Below, in pieces: positions 27,376 through 38,071 of a stretch of 59,242 nt of DNA; the first letter of the stretch is position 1, and every line of letters begins with the position of its first letter. Under the pieces are notes generated by a model, which saw only the letters and a program-made list of their open reading frames with translations, was not told where the DNA came from and ran no database searches. The position numbers and the translations under genes are program-made. The stretch covers positions 1-59,242 of the forward strand of contig CALESE010000085.1 in the NCBI GenBank assembly GCA_937907205.1, written 5' to 3'. This DNA comes from an uncultured Romboutsia sp. Its GTDB lineage: Bacteria; Bacillota; Clostridia; Peptostreptococcales; Peptostreptococcaceae.

Positions 27376-30021
27376 TTATTTTACTTGTGTTTTAACAACT
27401 TCTCTTGCATAATTTAGTGCTTCATCAACTTTAGATATATCAGTTGCTCCAGCTTGTGCCATATTAGGTCTTCCTCCACCTTTTCCACCAGCTATTTTAG
27501 CAACTTCTCTTACTATATTACCTGAATGTATCCCTTTATCTATTACATCAGGTGTTGCTGTAACAACAAAGTTTAATTTATCATCAGCTACATTTGCAAG
27601 TACTATTACACCAGACGCTAATTTATCTCTTAAATTATCAGCAACTTCTTTAAGTGTATTCATATCCATACCTTCAAATTTAGTAGATACTAAATTAACT
27701 CCATTTATATCAACTTTAGAATCTAGAACTGATTCTACCGATTGTAAGCTCATCTTAGTTTTTATATCATGCAATTCTTTTGATAATGTTTTATTTTCTT
27801 CTAATATTGATGATACTCTTTGTACTAAAGAATCTTCTTTAGTTTTTAAGCTTGCACAAACTTCATTTATTAAAGTTTCTTTTTGCTTTAAGTATTCATA
27901 TACAGCATTACCAGTTATAGCTTCTATTCTTCTAACTCCAGCAGCTACTCCACCTTCAGATAATATTTTAAACATACCTATTTGAGAAGTATTATTTAAG
28001 TGAGTTCCTCCACAAAGTTCTATCGAGAAATCTCCCATTGAAACTACTCTTACTTCATTACCATATTTTTCGCCAAATAGAGCAGTAGCTCCTTTTTCTT
28101 TAGCTTCATTTATACTCATATTTTCACAATTTATATCTAGTGAAGATAATATTACCTCATTTACTTTGTCTTCTATAACCTTTAACTCATCTTTTGTTAT
28201 AGCTTCAAAGTGAGTAACATCGAATCTTAACCTTTCAGGAGTAACAAGCGATCCTGCTTGGTTAACGTGTTCCCCTAGTACTTCTTTTAATACTTTATGA
28301 AGTATATGAGTAGCGCTATGGTTTCTAGCCGATGCCATCCTTACTTCTTTATTTACTAAAGTCTTTAATATTTCATTAGTATTTACTTTTCCTGACTTAA
28401 CAAATCCTATATGCTTTATAGTATTATTAGCACCTTTTTTTGTATCAGTAATTTCTATTACTATATCTTCATTATGACTTATAAGTAATCCCGTATCTCC
28501 AGCTTGACCTCCACCTTCTGGGTAAAATGTTGTCTTATCTAAAACTATTGTGATATTTTGTCCAGCTTCTGCAGATTCTACAACTTCATTATCTATAACT
28601 ATAGCTTTAACCATACCTTCATTTTCTAATTCTTTGTATCCATCAAATTCACTAGCAACTGAAGAATCTAATTTTGATAATGGATCTTCTTTCCAGCTTT
28701 CTCCATCCATATTTCCTCTTGCGCTTCTAGCTCTTTCTCTTTGCTTATTCATTTCTTCATTAAATGCATCTTCATTTATTAAAAGATTTTCTTCTTCTAA
28801 TATCTCTTTAGTTAAATCTATTGGGAATCCATAAGTGTCATATAATTTAAATGCATTTTCTCCACTTAAAGTAGTTTCCCCATTTTTCTTTAAATCAGCT
28901 ATATAAGCTGATAATATTTCACTACCTTGGTCTATAGTTTCATTGAATTTTTCTTCTTCTATTCTTATAACTTTTTTTATGTAGCTTTCTTTTTCAACTA
29001 ACTCTGGATAAGCTATTCCACTTACCTTTTTAACTTCATCAAATAAGTTATATAAGAAGTTTTCTTTTATTCCAAGAAGTTTTCCATGACGAGCAGCTCT
29101 TCTTAATAATCTTCTAAGAACATACCCTCTACCTTCATTTGATGGTAATACACCATCAGCTACTAAGAAACTTACAGCTCTTATATGGTCAGTTATTATT
29201 CTTATAGAAACATCTTTTTTGTTATCTTTACCATATTCTACATTAGCAACTTTTTCTATTGAACTTATTATTTGTCTTATAGTATCTACTTCAAATATAT
29301 TATCAACACCTTGCATTATACAGGCCATTCTTTCAAGTCCCATACCTGTATCTATGTTTTTATGTTCTAATTGTCCATAGTTACCATCTTCATCTCTATC
29401 AAATTGAGTAAATACATGGTTCCAAAACTCTAAATATCTATCACAATCACATCCTGGTTTACAATTTGGATTATCACATCCATATTCTGGCCCTCTGTCA
29501 TAATGTATTTCTGAACATGGTCCACAAGGTCCTATACCTATTTCCCAGAAGTTATCATCTTTGCCAAGTCTAACTAATCTTTCTTCTGGGAATCCCATTT
29601 CTTTAGCCCATAAATCATATGAGTCATCATCTTCTTCATATACAGTTACCCATATTTTATCTTCTGGTATATTTAGGTGTTCTGTGACAAACTCCCATCC
29701 CCATTTTATAGATTCTCTCTTGAAGTAATCTCCAAACGAGAAGTTACCTAACATTTCAAAGAAAGTACCATGTCTTGCAGTTTTACCTACATTTTCTATA
29801 TCACCTGTTCTTATACACTTTTGACAAGTAGTCATCCTCTTACTTGGTGGCACTTCAACACCTGCAAAGTAGTTTTTAAGTGGTGCCATACCCGAGTTTA
29901 TAAGTAATAAACTTTTATCGTTATGTGGTACTAAAGAAGCACTTTTAGCTGCATAGTGTCCTTTAGATTCAAAGAAGTTTAAGAATTTACTTCTTATTTC
30001 ATTTAATCCCATTTGTTCCAT
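27376..30021 (-). CDS. alaS: Alanine--tRNA ligase
   Basis: ARHGTFFEMLGNFSFGDYFK, DTGMGLER, HSATH, ELCGGTH, GKGGGRP. Confidence 0.99.
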   Translation of the reverse strand: MEQMGLNEIRSKFLNFFESKGHYAAKSASLVPHNDKSLLLINSGMAPLKNYFAGVEVPPSKRMTTCQKCIRTGDIENVGKTARHGTFFEMLGNFSFGDYFKRESIKWGWEFVTEHLNIPEDKIWVTVYEEDDDSYDLWAKEMGFPEERLVRLGKDDNFWEIGIGPCGPCSEIHYDRGPEYGCDNPNCKPGCDCDRYLEFWNHVFTQFDRDEDGNYGQLEHKNIDTGMGLERMACIMQGVDNIFEVDTIRQIISSIEKVANVEYGKDNKKDVSIRIITDHIRAVSFLVADGVLPSNEGRGYVLRRLLRRAARHGKLLGIKENFLYNLFDEVKKVSGIAYPELVEKESYIKKVIRIEEEKFNETIDQGSEILSAYIADLKKNGETTLSGENAFKLYDTYGFPIDLTKEILEEENLLINEDAFNEEMNKQRERARSARGNMDGESWKEDPLSKLDSSVASEFDGYKELENEGMVKAIVIDNEVVESAEAGQNITIVLDKTTFYPEGGGQAGDTGLLISHNEDIVIEITDTKKGANNTIKHIGFVKSGKVNTNEILKTLVNKEVRMASARNHSATHILHKVLKEVLGEHVNQAGSLVTPERLRFDVTHFEAITKDELKVIEDKVNEVILSSLDINCENMSINEAKEKGATALFGEKYGNEVRVVSMGDFSIELCGGTHLNNTSQIGMFKILSEGGVAAGVRRIEAITGNAVYEYLKQKETLINEVCASLKTKEDSLVQRVSSILEENKTLSKELHDIKTKMSLQSVESVLDSKVDINGVNLVSTKFEGMDMNTLKEVADNLRDKLASGVIVLANVADDKLNFVVTATPDVIDKGIHSGNIVREVAKIAGGKGGGRPNMAQAGATDISKVDEALNYAREVVKTQVK

Positions 30022-30055
30022 ATTAATATCCTCCTATGTATTTATCAATTGTATA

Positions 30056-30297
30056 TAAAAAAACTCGCACCTATAATAAACTTATAGGGGCGAGGATTAC
30101 TTTCGCGGTACCACCCTAATTATCACAAAATTGTGACATCTTCGGAAAACCTTAGTTATAACGGAACTACCGTCAATTCTTACTTATTTTCAGAATTGAT
30201 ACTCCAAGACTGCTTCAACTAATCTATCATAAAGGTTCTCACCACTACCCTCTCTCTGTAAAGAATCAATTAATTTACTATTTCTTTTCATTGTATT
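30056..30297 (-). ncRNA. T-box riboswitch, Ala (GCA) specifier
   Basis: AGAGA and GGTGAGA stem I motifs; GAA-GCA specifier (30213-30211); T-box AATTAGGGTGGTACCGCG (30121-30104); terminator CTCGC..GCGAG-T-tract. Confidence 0.93.
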
Positions 30298-30321
30298 TAA
30301 ATAATATTTTATTTCATAGAT

Positions 30322-30350
30322 ATATTACTAAATTTTATTATAATAATCAA
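30322..30350 (-). promoter_or_regulatory. SigA promoter for T-box/alaS
   Basis: TTGATT-N17-TAATAT. Confidence 0.5.
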
Positions 30351-30366
30351 TAGTTTTATAAATTAT

Positions 30367-31446
30367 TTAGTCAATTATTCCGCCACCAACAACAACATCT
30401 CCATCATATATTACTACTGATTGACCTTTTGTTATTGCCCTTTGAGGTTCATCAAATACTATTTTAATTTTATCTTCACCAATATTATAAACTGTAGCAT
30501 CTGCTGGTTTTGCAGAATATCTAATTTTAGCTTGTACTCTTATTGGTTCATCTATTTTGTCATATTTTATAAAGTTAACATCTTTAGCTATAAGTTCTTT
30601 GTTGAATATATCTTCGTTATCTCCAAGTATTACTGTATTTTTCTTAGCATCTATATCAACTACAAACATAGGCTTTCCAAAAGCTATACCTAACCCTTTT
30701 CTTTGACCTATAGTATAGTTAACTATTCCTTTATGCCTACCTAATACATTACCATTAGTATCTACAAAATATCCATCTTCAATTCTCTTTTTAGAATGTT
30801 TTTTTACATACCTAGCATAATCATTGTCTTTTACAAAACATATTTCTTGACTATCTGGTTTATTATGAACTTCCATTCCCATCTCTTTTGCAATTTCTCT
30901 TACTTTATCTTTTTCAAATTCTCCTATTGGAAGTAAAGTATGTTCTAATTGTTCTTGAGTTAAGTTATAAAGTGCATAAGTTTGGTCTTTTTTATCTGTA
31001 ACAGATTTTTTAAGCAAGTATCTTCCAGTTTCTTCATCTTTTTCTATCTTAGCATAGTGACCAGTAGCTACATAATCACATCCTATTTGACGAGCTTTTT
31101 TGAAGAAATCATCAAATTTTATATGTTTATTACATGCTATACATGGATTTGGTGTTCTTCCATTTAAATATTCATCTATAAAAGGTTCTATTACCTTTTC
31201 TTTAAATACATCACTAAAATTTAATACATAAAAAGGTATACCTATTTTTTCAGCAACTTTTCTTGCATCTTCAACTGCCGCTAATGAACAGCATCCACCT
31301 TCATTTTCTATAGTATCGTCATCTTCATCATCTTGCCATAACTTCATAGTAACACCTATAACATCATAGCCTTGTTTTTTTAGTAGATATGCCGCTACAG
31401 AACTATCTACTCCTCCGCTCATTCCTATCATTACTCTTTTGCTCAT
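30367..31446 (-). CDS. mnmA: tRNA 2-thiouridylase MnmA
   Basis: [39 protein letters not shown]. Confidence 0.98.
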   Translation of the reverse strand: MSKRVMIGMSGGVDSSVAAYLLKKQGYDVIGVTMKLWQDDEDDDTIENEGGCCSLAAVEDARKVAEKIGIPFYVLNFSDVFKEKVIEPFIDEYLNGRTPNPCIACNKHIKFDDFFKKARQIGCDYVATGHYAKIEKDEETGRYLLKKSVTDKKDQTYALYNLTQEQLEHTLLPIGEFEKDKVREIAKEMGMEVHNKPDSQEICFVKDNDYARYVKKHSKKRIEDGYFVDTNGNVLGRHKGIVNYTIGQRKGLGIAFGKPMFVVDIDAKKNTVILGDNEDIFNKELIAKDVNFIKYDKIDEPIRVQAKIRYSAKPADATVYNIGEDKIKIVFDEPQRAITKGQSVVIYDGDVVVGGGIID

Positions 31447-31510
31447 AAAATCACCTCGTTCTTTATATTATATCTATTTTATATATTTTTTAAAAGTACT
31501 TTAAATAATA

Positions 31511-31546
31511 ATATCCCTTTTAAGTAAATTTACTTAAAAGGGATAT
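31511..31546. terminator. Terminator (perfect 36-bp palindrome)
   Basis: ATATCCCTTTTAAGTAAA|TTTACTTAAAAGGGATAT. Confidence 0.75.
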
Positions 31547-31549
31547 ATA

Positions 31550-32005
31550 TTACTCTTCGTCTTCTTCTACATCATGGTGATGATCATGGTCATCATCTAT
31601 TACTACACCATCTAATTCTGGTATATGAACATTGTGTTTTTTAGCATAGTCTATTAAAGCTGCTTTTATAGCTTGCTCTGCTAATACTGAACAGTGCATT
31701 TTTACTGGTGGTAAACCATCTAAAGCCTCAGCAACAGCTTTATTAGTTACTTCTAAAGCTTCATGTATAGTTTTTCCTTTTACCATTTCTGTAGCCATTG
31801 ATGAACTAGCTATTGCTGATCCACATCCGAAAGTTTTAAACTTAACATCTTTTATTATTTTAGTTTCTTCCTCTATATCTAGATATATTCTCATTATATC
31901 TCCACATTTAGCGTTTCCTACTTCTCCAACACCACTTGCATCTTCTATTTCTCCAACATTTCTTGGACTCATGAAATGATCCATAACTTTATCACTATAT
32001 TGCAT
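31550..32005 (-). CDS. nifU: Fe-S cluster scaffold NifU/IscU
   Basis: GNAKCGD, FGCGSAIA, LPPVKMHC; His/Asp-rich tail. Confidence 0.95.
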   Translation of the reverse strand: MQYSDKVMDHFMSPRNVGEIEDASGVGEVGNAKCGDIMRIYLDIEEETKIIKDVKFKTFGCGSAIASSSMATEMVKGKTIHEALEVTNKAVAEALDGLPPVKMHCSVLAEQAIKAALIDYAKKHNVHIPELDGVVIDDDHDHHHDVEEDEE

Positions 32006-32037
32006 AATAATATCCTCCTTTAAATTAAAATACTTAA

Positions 32038-33222
32038 TTATTTTTGTTTCATCATTTGGTCATAAAGAGGTGACATACTTCTTAATCTCTCTATAACCGG
32101 TGGTAATTTTTCTATAATATAATCTATATCTTCTTCAGTTGTAAAATCTCCTATTGAAAATCTTATCGAACCATGAGCTTCTTCATGAAGTAAACCTATA
32201 GCCATTAATACATGTGATGGATCAAGTGATCCTGAAGCACAAGCCGATCCTGTTGATACAGCTATACCTAACATATCTAACATTAATATTATTGATTCAC
32301 CTTCTATAAACTCAAATCTAAGATTTGCATTTCCAGGAAGTCTATCTTCTAAAGATCCATTTACTTTAGTATACGGTATTTTTTCTAAAATTCCGTTTAT
32401 TAATTTATTTCTTAATTTTGTAAGAGTTTCTATATGTTCATCCATAGTTTCTTTAGCCATCTCAGCAGCTTTTCCATATCCAACTATTGATGGTAAGTTT
32501 TCAGTTCCTCCTCTTCTCTTTCTTTCTTGAGCTCCTCCATGAGAAAGTGCATGTAACTTAGTTCCATTTTTTATATATAATGCACCTACTCCTTTAGGTC
32601 CATATATTTTATGAGATGACATACTCATTAAATTAACGTCTAACTCTTTAACATCTATATTTATACTACCTGCTGCTTGAACTGCATCAGTATGGAATAC
32701 TATATTGTGCTTTTTAGCTATTTCGCCAATTTCTTTTATTGGTTGTATAGTTCCGATTTCATTATTTGCATACATTATACTTATTAGTATAGTAGTATCT
32801 TTTATAGATTCTTCTAATTGTTTTAAATCTACTTTACCTTCAGAATCAACATCTAAATACGTTACTTCAAAACCATGGAATTTCTCTAAATATTCACATA
32901 CATGAAGTACAGCATGATGTTCTATTTTTGAAGTTATTATGTGATTTCCTTTAGCTTTATTAGCAAAAGCAACACCTTTTATTGCCCAGTTATCACTTTC
33001 AGTTCCACCTGATGTAAAGTATATTTCATTTGGCTTTGCACCTATTAGATTAGCTACTTGAGTTCTAGCTTTATCTAAAGCATTTTTAGCTTCTCTACCA
33101 AATGAGTGAAAACTTGATGCATTCCCAAAATAATTTGTTAAGTATGGTAACATTTCATCTACAACTTCTTTTTTTACAGGAGTTGTTGCTGAATAATCCA
33201 TATATATTCTTCTTTTTTCCAT
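32038..33222 (-). CDS. nifS: Cysteine desulfurase NifS/IscS
   Basis: YMDYSATTP, SSHKIYGPKG, STGSACASG. Confidence 0.96.
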   Translation of the reverse strand: MEKRRIYMDYSATTPVKKEVVDEMLPYLTNYFGNASSFHSFGREAKNALDKARTQVANLIGAKPNEIYFTSGGTESDNWAIKGVAFANKAKGNHIITSKIEHHAVLHVCEYLEKFHGFEVTYLDVDSEGKVDLKQLEESIKDTTILISIMYANNEIGTIQPIKEIGEIAKKHNIVFHTDAVQAAGSINIDVKELDVNLMSMSSHKIYGPKGVGALYIKNGTKLHALSHGGAQERKRRGGTENLPSIVGYGKAAEMAKETMDEHIETLTKLRNKLINGILEKIPYTKVNGSLEDRLPGNANLRFEFIEGESIILMLDMLGIAVSTGSACASGSLDPSHVLMAIGLLHEEAHGSIRFSIGDFTTEEDIDYIIEKLPPVIERLRSMSPLYDQMMKQK

Positions 33223-33235
33223 TTTTATTAGCTCC

Positions 33236-33685
33236 CTATCTATTAATCAAATTCGTTATATCATTTTTTAATTTGCTATTATTGTAATCATTTATCATAT
33301 CTTGTAGGGTTATTGAATTTATAACTTCATCTATACCCTTTTTCATCTTTTCCCAAACTACTTTCGTGACACATATACTTGAATTTTTACAAACATCATC
33401 ATCTAGTACACAATCTGATAAAGATATAGGACCTTCAAGAACTGTTAATATATCACCAACAGTAATATTACTAGCCTCTTTGGCTAATAAATATCCACCT
33501 TGGGCACCTCTTACACTTTGCACTAAATTAGCTTTTCTAAGCTTTGAAAATATCTGTTCTAAATATTGGTCTGATATATTTTGCTTCTTTGCAATAATTT
33601 TTAATGGTACAGGACCATTTTCTTGGTTAAGAGAAAGTTCAAACATAGCCTTAAGCCCATATCTACCTTTTGTCGATAATTTCAT
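33236..33685 (-). CDS. iscR: Rrf2 family regulator, IscR-like
   Basis: MKLSTKGRYG, YLEQIF, SVRGAQGGY; three Cys in Cx6Cx5C; heads nifS-nifU. Confidence 0.85.
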   Translation of the reverse strand: MKLSTKGRYGLKAMFELSLNQENGPVPLKIIAKKQNISDQYLEQIFSKLRKANLVQSVRGAQGGYLLAKEASNITVGDILTVLEGPISLSDCVLDDDVCKNSSICVTKVVWEKMKKGIDEVINSITLQDMINDYNNSKLKNDITNLINR

Positions 33686-33712
33686 ATTTATCACCATTTA
33701 TTTATTCAATCT

Positions 33713-33807
33713 AATCCATACTATTTTAGTATGGATTACTTATATACTAATATATTATATCATATTATTTTTGTCAAGATTCAATTCCAACTATTTTAGT
33801 ATGAATT
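33713..33807 (-). promoter_or_regulatory. Two Rrf2 operator-like palindromes flanking a SigA promoter
   Basis: AATCCATACT-ATTTT-AGTATGGATT (33713-33737) and AATTCCAACT-ATTTT-AGTATGAATT (33783-33807); TTGACA-N17-TATATT between them. Confidence 0.7.
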
Positions 33808-33897
33808 AATCATAAAAATTAAGCTAACTATTTTTAATTAGCTACAATATATATTTACCCAAGTAATTAATATTTAATCTAAAAATATTTATAAATT

Positions 33898-33928
33898 AAA
33901 AAGATTTAGGGATTCCCTAAATCTTTTT
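33898..33928. terminator. Intrinsic terminator
   Basis: AAAAAGATTTAGGG-ATT-CCCTAAATCTTTTT. Confidence 0.85.
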
Positions 33929-34861
33929 CTATAATGCTGATGCTCCAAGTATACCTGCATCATTTTTTAATTTAGCTATTACTATATCTCCTATTCCAGC
34001 ACCATCAAAAGGAATATGTTTTTTTACCATATCATCTAAACCATCTAGTATTATATCACTTGCATTTGATACTCCACCACCTATAGATATAACATCTGGA
34101 TCAATAAAGTTAACTATATTTGCTATACCAATAGCTAAATATTTTTTAAACCTATTTATAACTTCAACACCTACTAAGTCATTTTCTTTATATGCATCAA
34201 ATACCGCCTTAGCACTTATATTATTTATATCATTATTAACTTCTTTTAGTATTATACTTTCCCTACCTTCAGATATAAGTTTTTGCGTGTATTTTATTAT
34301 TGATGTCGCTGAACAAAATGTCTCAAAACATCCATTATTTCCACAGTTACAATCAAAATAATTACTTGCTATCATCATATGACCAATTTCTGCACCTATA
34401 CCATTAGAACCTGTAATAAGCTTATTATTTATTACAATACCTCCACCTATTCCAGTTCCTAAAGTTATCATTACACCACTTTCATAGCCTTTCATGCTTC
34501 CATAAACATACTCAGCAAAAGCTGCAACATTTGCATCATTTCCTACTTTAACATTAACATTTTTAAAAACTTCCTCTATTTTAGGAGTTATTAACTCATT
34601 ATGTATTCCAAGATTTACACATGTAACTGCATTATCCTTTGCAACAACTCCTGGAAAACCTATACCTATTGTATTTATATTTTTTATATCAATACCACTA
34701 GCTTCTAAAATCTCATTGACTAAATCAATAATATCCTTAGCTAATCTATCGGCTCCTCCATTTGATGAAGTTTCTTTACTTAGCTTGTGAGTTATTATAC
34801 CATTATCAACTATGCCAGCTTTTATACTCATGCCCCCAACGTCTATTCCTATATTATACAT
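33929..34861 (-). CDS. ROK family sugar kinase (glucokinase-like)
   Basis: GIDVGG, NDANVAA, TLGTGIGGG, EIGH, CNCGNNGCFE. Confidence 0.93.
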   Translation of the reverse strand: MYNIGIDVGGMSIKAGIVDNGIITHKLSKETSSNGGADRLAKDIIDLVNEILEASGIDIKNINTIGIGFPGVVAKDNAVTCVNLGIHNELITPKIEEVFKNVNVKVGNDANVAAFAEYVYGSMKGYESGVMITLGTGIGGGIVINNKLITGSNGIGAEIGHMMIASNYFDCNCGNNGCFETFCSATSIIKYTQKLISEGRESIILKEVNNDINNISAKAVFDAYKENDLVGVEVINRFKKYLAIGIANIVNFIDPDVISIGGGVSNASDIILDGLDDMVKKHIPFDGAGIGDIVIAKLKNDAGILGASAL

Positions 34862-34882
34862 TTTTTCCTCCTTAATTTAATA

Positions 34883-34898
34883 ATCAAACGTTTTCTAA
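34883..34898. promoter_or_regulatory. cre-like site upstream of the ROK kinase
   Basis: TTAGAAAACGTTTGAT on -, just downstream of a TATAAT. Confidence 0.45.
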
Positions 34899-34938
34899 TT
34901 AAATTATACCTTATATAATATATATTTCCATTATATTT

Positions 34939-35709
34939 TTATTTCGAACATATACTCCAGTTACCTATTTTTATAAAACCTAATTTTTTATATATTTTAC
35001 CAGCTTCTTCATTATCATAAAACAAACATGGAGTTTTATTTTCATTTAAAAGTTCTCTACATATTTTACTTATACATTTTGTAGCGTAACCTTTGTTTCT
35101 AAATTGTGGATGAGTACCAACCCCAACTATAATTGCATGAGTTTTATTTTCAGCAGTACTTTTAGCCATTGCAGCTGCTTGCTTATTAACCTCTATGTAA
35201 TAACCTCTTCCTGTTTTAAGTCCAGATTTAATACATTTTACACTTGTATTTTCAAACTCATCTATCCTTTCGTATAAATTTACTATTTTTTTTAGATTAC
35301 CAATTTTAATTCTTTTAATTATAATATCTTTAAAATTAAAATCTAAATAATGACTATTTTCAAGCTTACAAAAATTAACTCTTCTTATTTTTTTTAATCT
35401 AAGCTTTTTTGCAATAGAATCTACTATTTCTGATTTACCACTTATTTCATAAAAACTCATTGTTTTAATCAGATTATAAAACTTATCTATATTAATTATT
35501 GAATTAGAATATATTGTAATAAACTCAAAGTATTTCACTAAGATACCTTCAATCTCCCCATCAGTATTTATGTCTGCCCATATATTAAAAAAATAATTAT
35601 TATATCCATATCTATCAATATCACCTATTATAAATAAATTAAATTCAGGTTCTTGCTTTAAATAATTCATAAGTTTATTATGATATTTATTATCTAACTT
35701 TATAATCAT
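34939..35709 (-). CDS. GNAT family N-acetyltransferase
   Basis: VGVGTHPQFRNKGYA; CLFYDNEEAGKIYKKLGF. Confidence 0.92.
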   Translation of the reverse strand: MIIKLDNKYHNKLMNYLKQEPEFNLFIIGDIDRYGYNNYFFNIWADINTDGEIEGILVKYFEFITIYSNSIINIDKFYNLIKTMSFYEISGKSEIVDSIAKKLRLKKIRRVNFCKLENSHYLDFNFKDIIIKRIKIGNLKKIVNLYERIDEFENTSVKCIKSGLKTGRGYYIEVNKQAAAMAKSTAENKTHAIIVGVGTHPQFRNKGYATKCISKICRELLNENKTPCLFYDNEEAGKIYKKLGFIKIGNWSICSK

Positions 35710-35794
35710 AATAATTCCCCCTGGTTTAAAATCTATATAGTTATAAAATTTACTAAAAACTATTTTATAATAGATATTATAGTAATTAATTTCA

Positions 35795-37060
35795 CTATTT
35801 ATTACTATTTAAATAATCTAGATAATTTTTTATGTTTTTTTCAGTTTTATTTTCACTTGGAATATAGTAAACGCTATTTTTTATACTATCCGGTAAATAT
35901 TGCTGTTTAACATAATTATTTTTATAATCATGTGGGTACTTATATTCAATCCCTCTATCTAGGTTTGATGCACCATTATAATGTGCATCTTTTATATGAC
36001 TTGGTATATCAAATATAAACTCATTATCTAATTCTTCTAATGCAGCATTTATTGCTAAATATGCAGAATTTGATTTCGGTGATGTTGCAAGCAGTATAGT
36101 AGCTTGTGCTAAAGGAATTCTAGCCTCTGGAAAACCAATTTGCATAGCGCTATCTACACATGATTTAACTATTGTTATTGCATTTGGATAAGCAAGACCT
36201 ATATCTTCACTAGCTATAACTAAAAGTCTTCTACAAATACTAATTAAATCTTCACCTTTTATAAGCCTAGCTAAATAATGAATTGAAGCCTGTGGGTCAC
36301 TCCCTCTAATAGACTTTTGAAAAGCACTTAATATGTCATAATGACTATCTCCTTTTCTATCATAATTTAGCTTTTTATTAAATGCTAAATTTTTTACAGC
36401 TTCAGAATTTATGTATACAATATTATCTTTATTTGGTTTAGTTGAGTAAGTTACTAGCTCAAGCAAATTAAGAGCACTTCTCATATCACCATCACTAAGC
36501 ATTGAAATATCTTCCAATGCATCTTTTTCAAATTCAATCTTTGTATAACTAGATTCTTTTATTATATTTACTGCCCTTGTTAATCCTTTTATTATTTCAT
36601 ATTTATTTAATGGTTTAAATTCAAGAATTGTCGATCTACTAAGTAAAGCTTTATATACATAATGATATGGATTTTCTGTAGTACTTGCTATTAATGTTAT
36701 CTTTCCATTTTCCATAAATTCAAGTATTGATTGTTGTTGTTTTTTATTAAAACTTTGAATTTCATCAATATAAAGTAATACTCCATTTATATTGCTTATA
36801 GAATCAAGTTCTGATACTACTTTCTTTACATCATCTAAAGATGAATTTGTTGCATTTATCTTATAAAAATTCTTATTACTTTTTTTTGATATTATCTCAG
36901 CCACTGTTGTCTTACCTACTCCTGGCGGACCAAAAAATATCATATTTGGTAAAAAATTTGATTCTAATATTTTATTTAAAAGTTTATTTTTACCTATAAT
37001 ATGGTTTTGACCTACTACTTCTTCAATATTTATAGGTCTAATTTTATCTGCTAAAGGCAT
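35795..37060 (-). CDS. rarA: Replication-associated recombination protein A (MgsA)
   Basis: PLADKIRP, GPPGVGKTT, TTENP, SAFQKSIRGSD, ASEDIGLA. Confidence 0.95.
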   Translation of the reverse strand: MPLADKIRPINIEEVVGQNHIIGKNKLLNKILESNFLPNMIFFGPPGVGKTTVAEIISKKSNKNFYKINATNSSLDDVKKVVSELDSISNINGVLLYIDEIQSFNKKQQQSILEFMENGKITLIASTTENPYHYVYKALLSRSTILEFKPLNKYEIIKGLTRAVNIIKESSYTKIEFEKDALEDISMLSDGDMRSALNLLELVTYSTKPNKDNIVYINSEAVKNLAFNKKLNYDRKGDSHYDILSAFQKSIRGSDPQASIHYLARLIKGEDLISICRRLLVIASEDIGLAYPNAITIVKSCVDSAMQIGFPEARIPLAQATILLATSPKSNSAYLAINAALEELDNEFIFDIPSHIKDAHYNGASNLDRGIEYKYPHDYKNNYVKQQYLPDSIKNSVYYIPSENKTEKNIKNYLDYLNSNK

Positions 37061-37085
37061 ATTTATCTCCTTCCATATATAAATA

Positions 37086-37113
37086 AAAGGTATCTATTTA
37101 AATAGATACCTTT
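37086..37113. terminator. Terminator after codY (perfect 28-bp palindrome)
   Basis: AAAGGTATCTATTT|AAATAGATACCTTT. Confidence 0.75.
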
Positions 37114-37127
37114 ATAGCTAATATTAA

Positions 37128-37913
37128 TTAGTAATTACTTTTTAATTTTTTAAGCTCTTCTATAAGTTTATCATTAAGTACCTTTATATGAGTACCCTTC
37201 ATACCTAAAGACCTTGATTCTATGACACCTGCACTTTCAAATTTTCTAAGTGCATTTACTATAACAGACCTAGTTATACCAACTCTATCTGCTACTTTGC
37301 TTGCAACAAGTAGACCTTCTTTTCCACCTAGTTCTTCGAATATATGCTCTACAGCTTCAAGCTCTGAATATGATAATGTCCCTATAGCCATTTGTACTAC
37401 TGTTTTCTTTCTCATTTCTTCTTCAAGCTCTTCACTTATAGCTCTTAATATTTCTAAGCCTACAACTGTTGAACTATACTCAGCTATTACTAAATCATCG
37501 TCTGTAAATTCTTCATCATATCTTGATAAAACTAATGTACCTAACCTTTGTCCACTTCCTAATATAGGAACTACAGTAGTTATTTTATGAAGTCTATCTT
37601 GTTCAAATGGGAATAACTTAAGAACCTGTTCTCCAGTTACATTTTCTAAAGTTTCATTTATTGTTAATAAACTCTCAGTATATTCTTTTGGGAATCTCTT
37701 CTGATTTGTATCTTGATCTTCAACAACAGAACTATCTTCAATATTATTTAAATATAATCCTAATACTTTTCCTTTAGAACTTAACACGTATACATTTGAG
37801 CTTAAAACTTCACCTAATACTCCAGCTAATAAATCAAAAGATACTGCACTGCCTCCACTTGTTTGAAGAGTTTTATTTATTTTTCTTGTTTTTTGTAACA
37901 TTTCACTTGACAT
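37128..37913 (-). CDS. codY: GTP/BCAA-sensing transcriptional repressor CodY
   Basis: [48 protein letters not shown]. Confidence 0.99.
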   Translation of the reverse strand: MSSEMLQKTRKINKTLQTSGGSAVSFDLLAGVLGEVLSSNVYVLSSKGKVLGLYLNNIEDSSVVEDQDTNQKRFPKEYTESLLTINETLENVTGEQVLKLFPFEQDRLHKITTVVPILGSGQRLGTLVLSRYDEEFTDDDLVIAEYSSTVVGLEILRAISEELEEEMRKKTVVQMAIGTLSYSELEAVEHIFEELGGKEGLLVASKVADRVGITRSVIVNALRKFESAGVIESRSLGMKGTHIKVLNDKLIEELKKLKSNY

Positions 37914-38021
37914 TTATTTCCATCTCCTTGTAAAGGTTCGACGTTTTATAACCTATTATATTGTTTAAATATACATATTTTCAACAGATTTATCGTATTT
38001 TTGATAAATTGTGCAATAGAA

Positions 38022-38050
38022 ATATTACCATAAAACTTTCCCTTTTTCAA
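38022..38050 (-). promoter_or_regulatory. SigA promoter of codY
   Basis: TTGAAA-N17-TAATAT with TG extension. Confidence 0.6.
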
Positions 38051-38071
38051 TATAAATAAGATACTCTTTTT

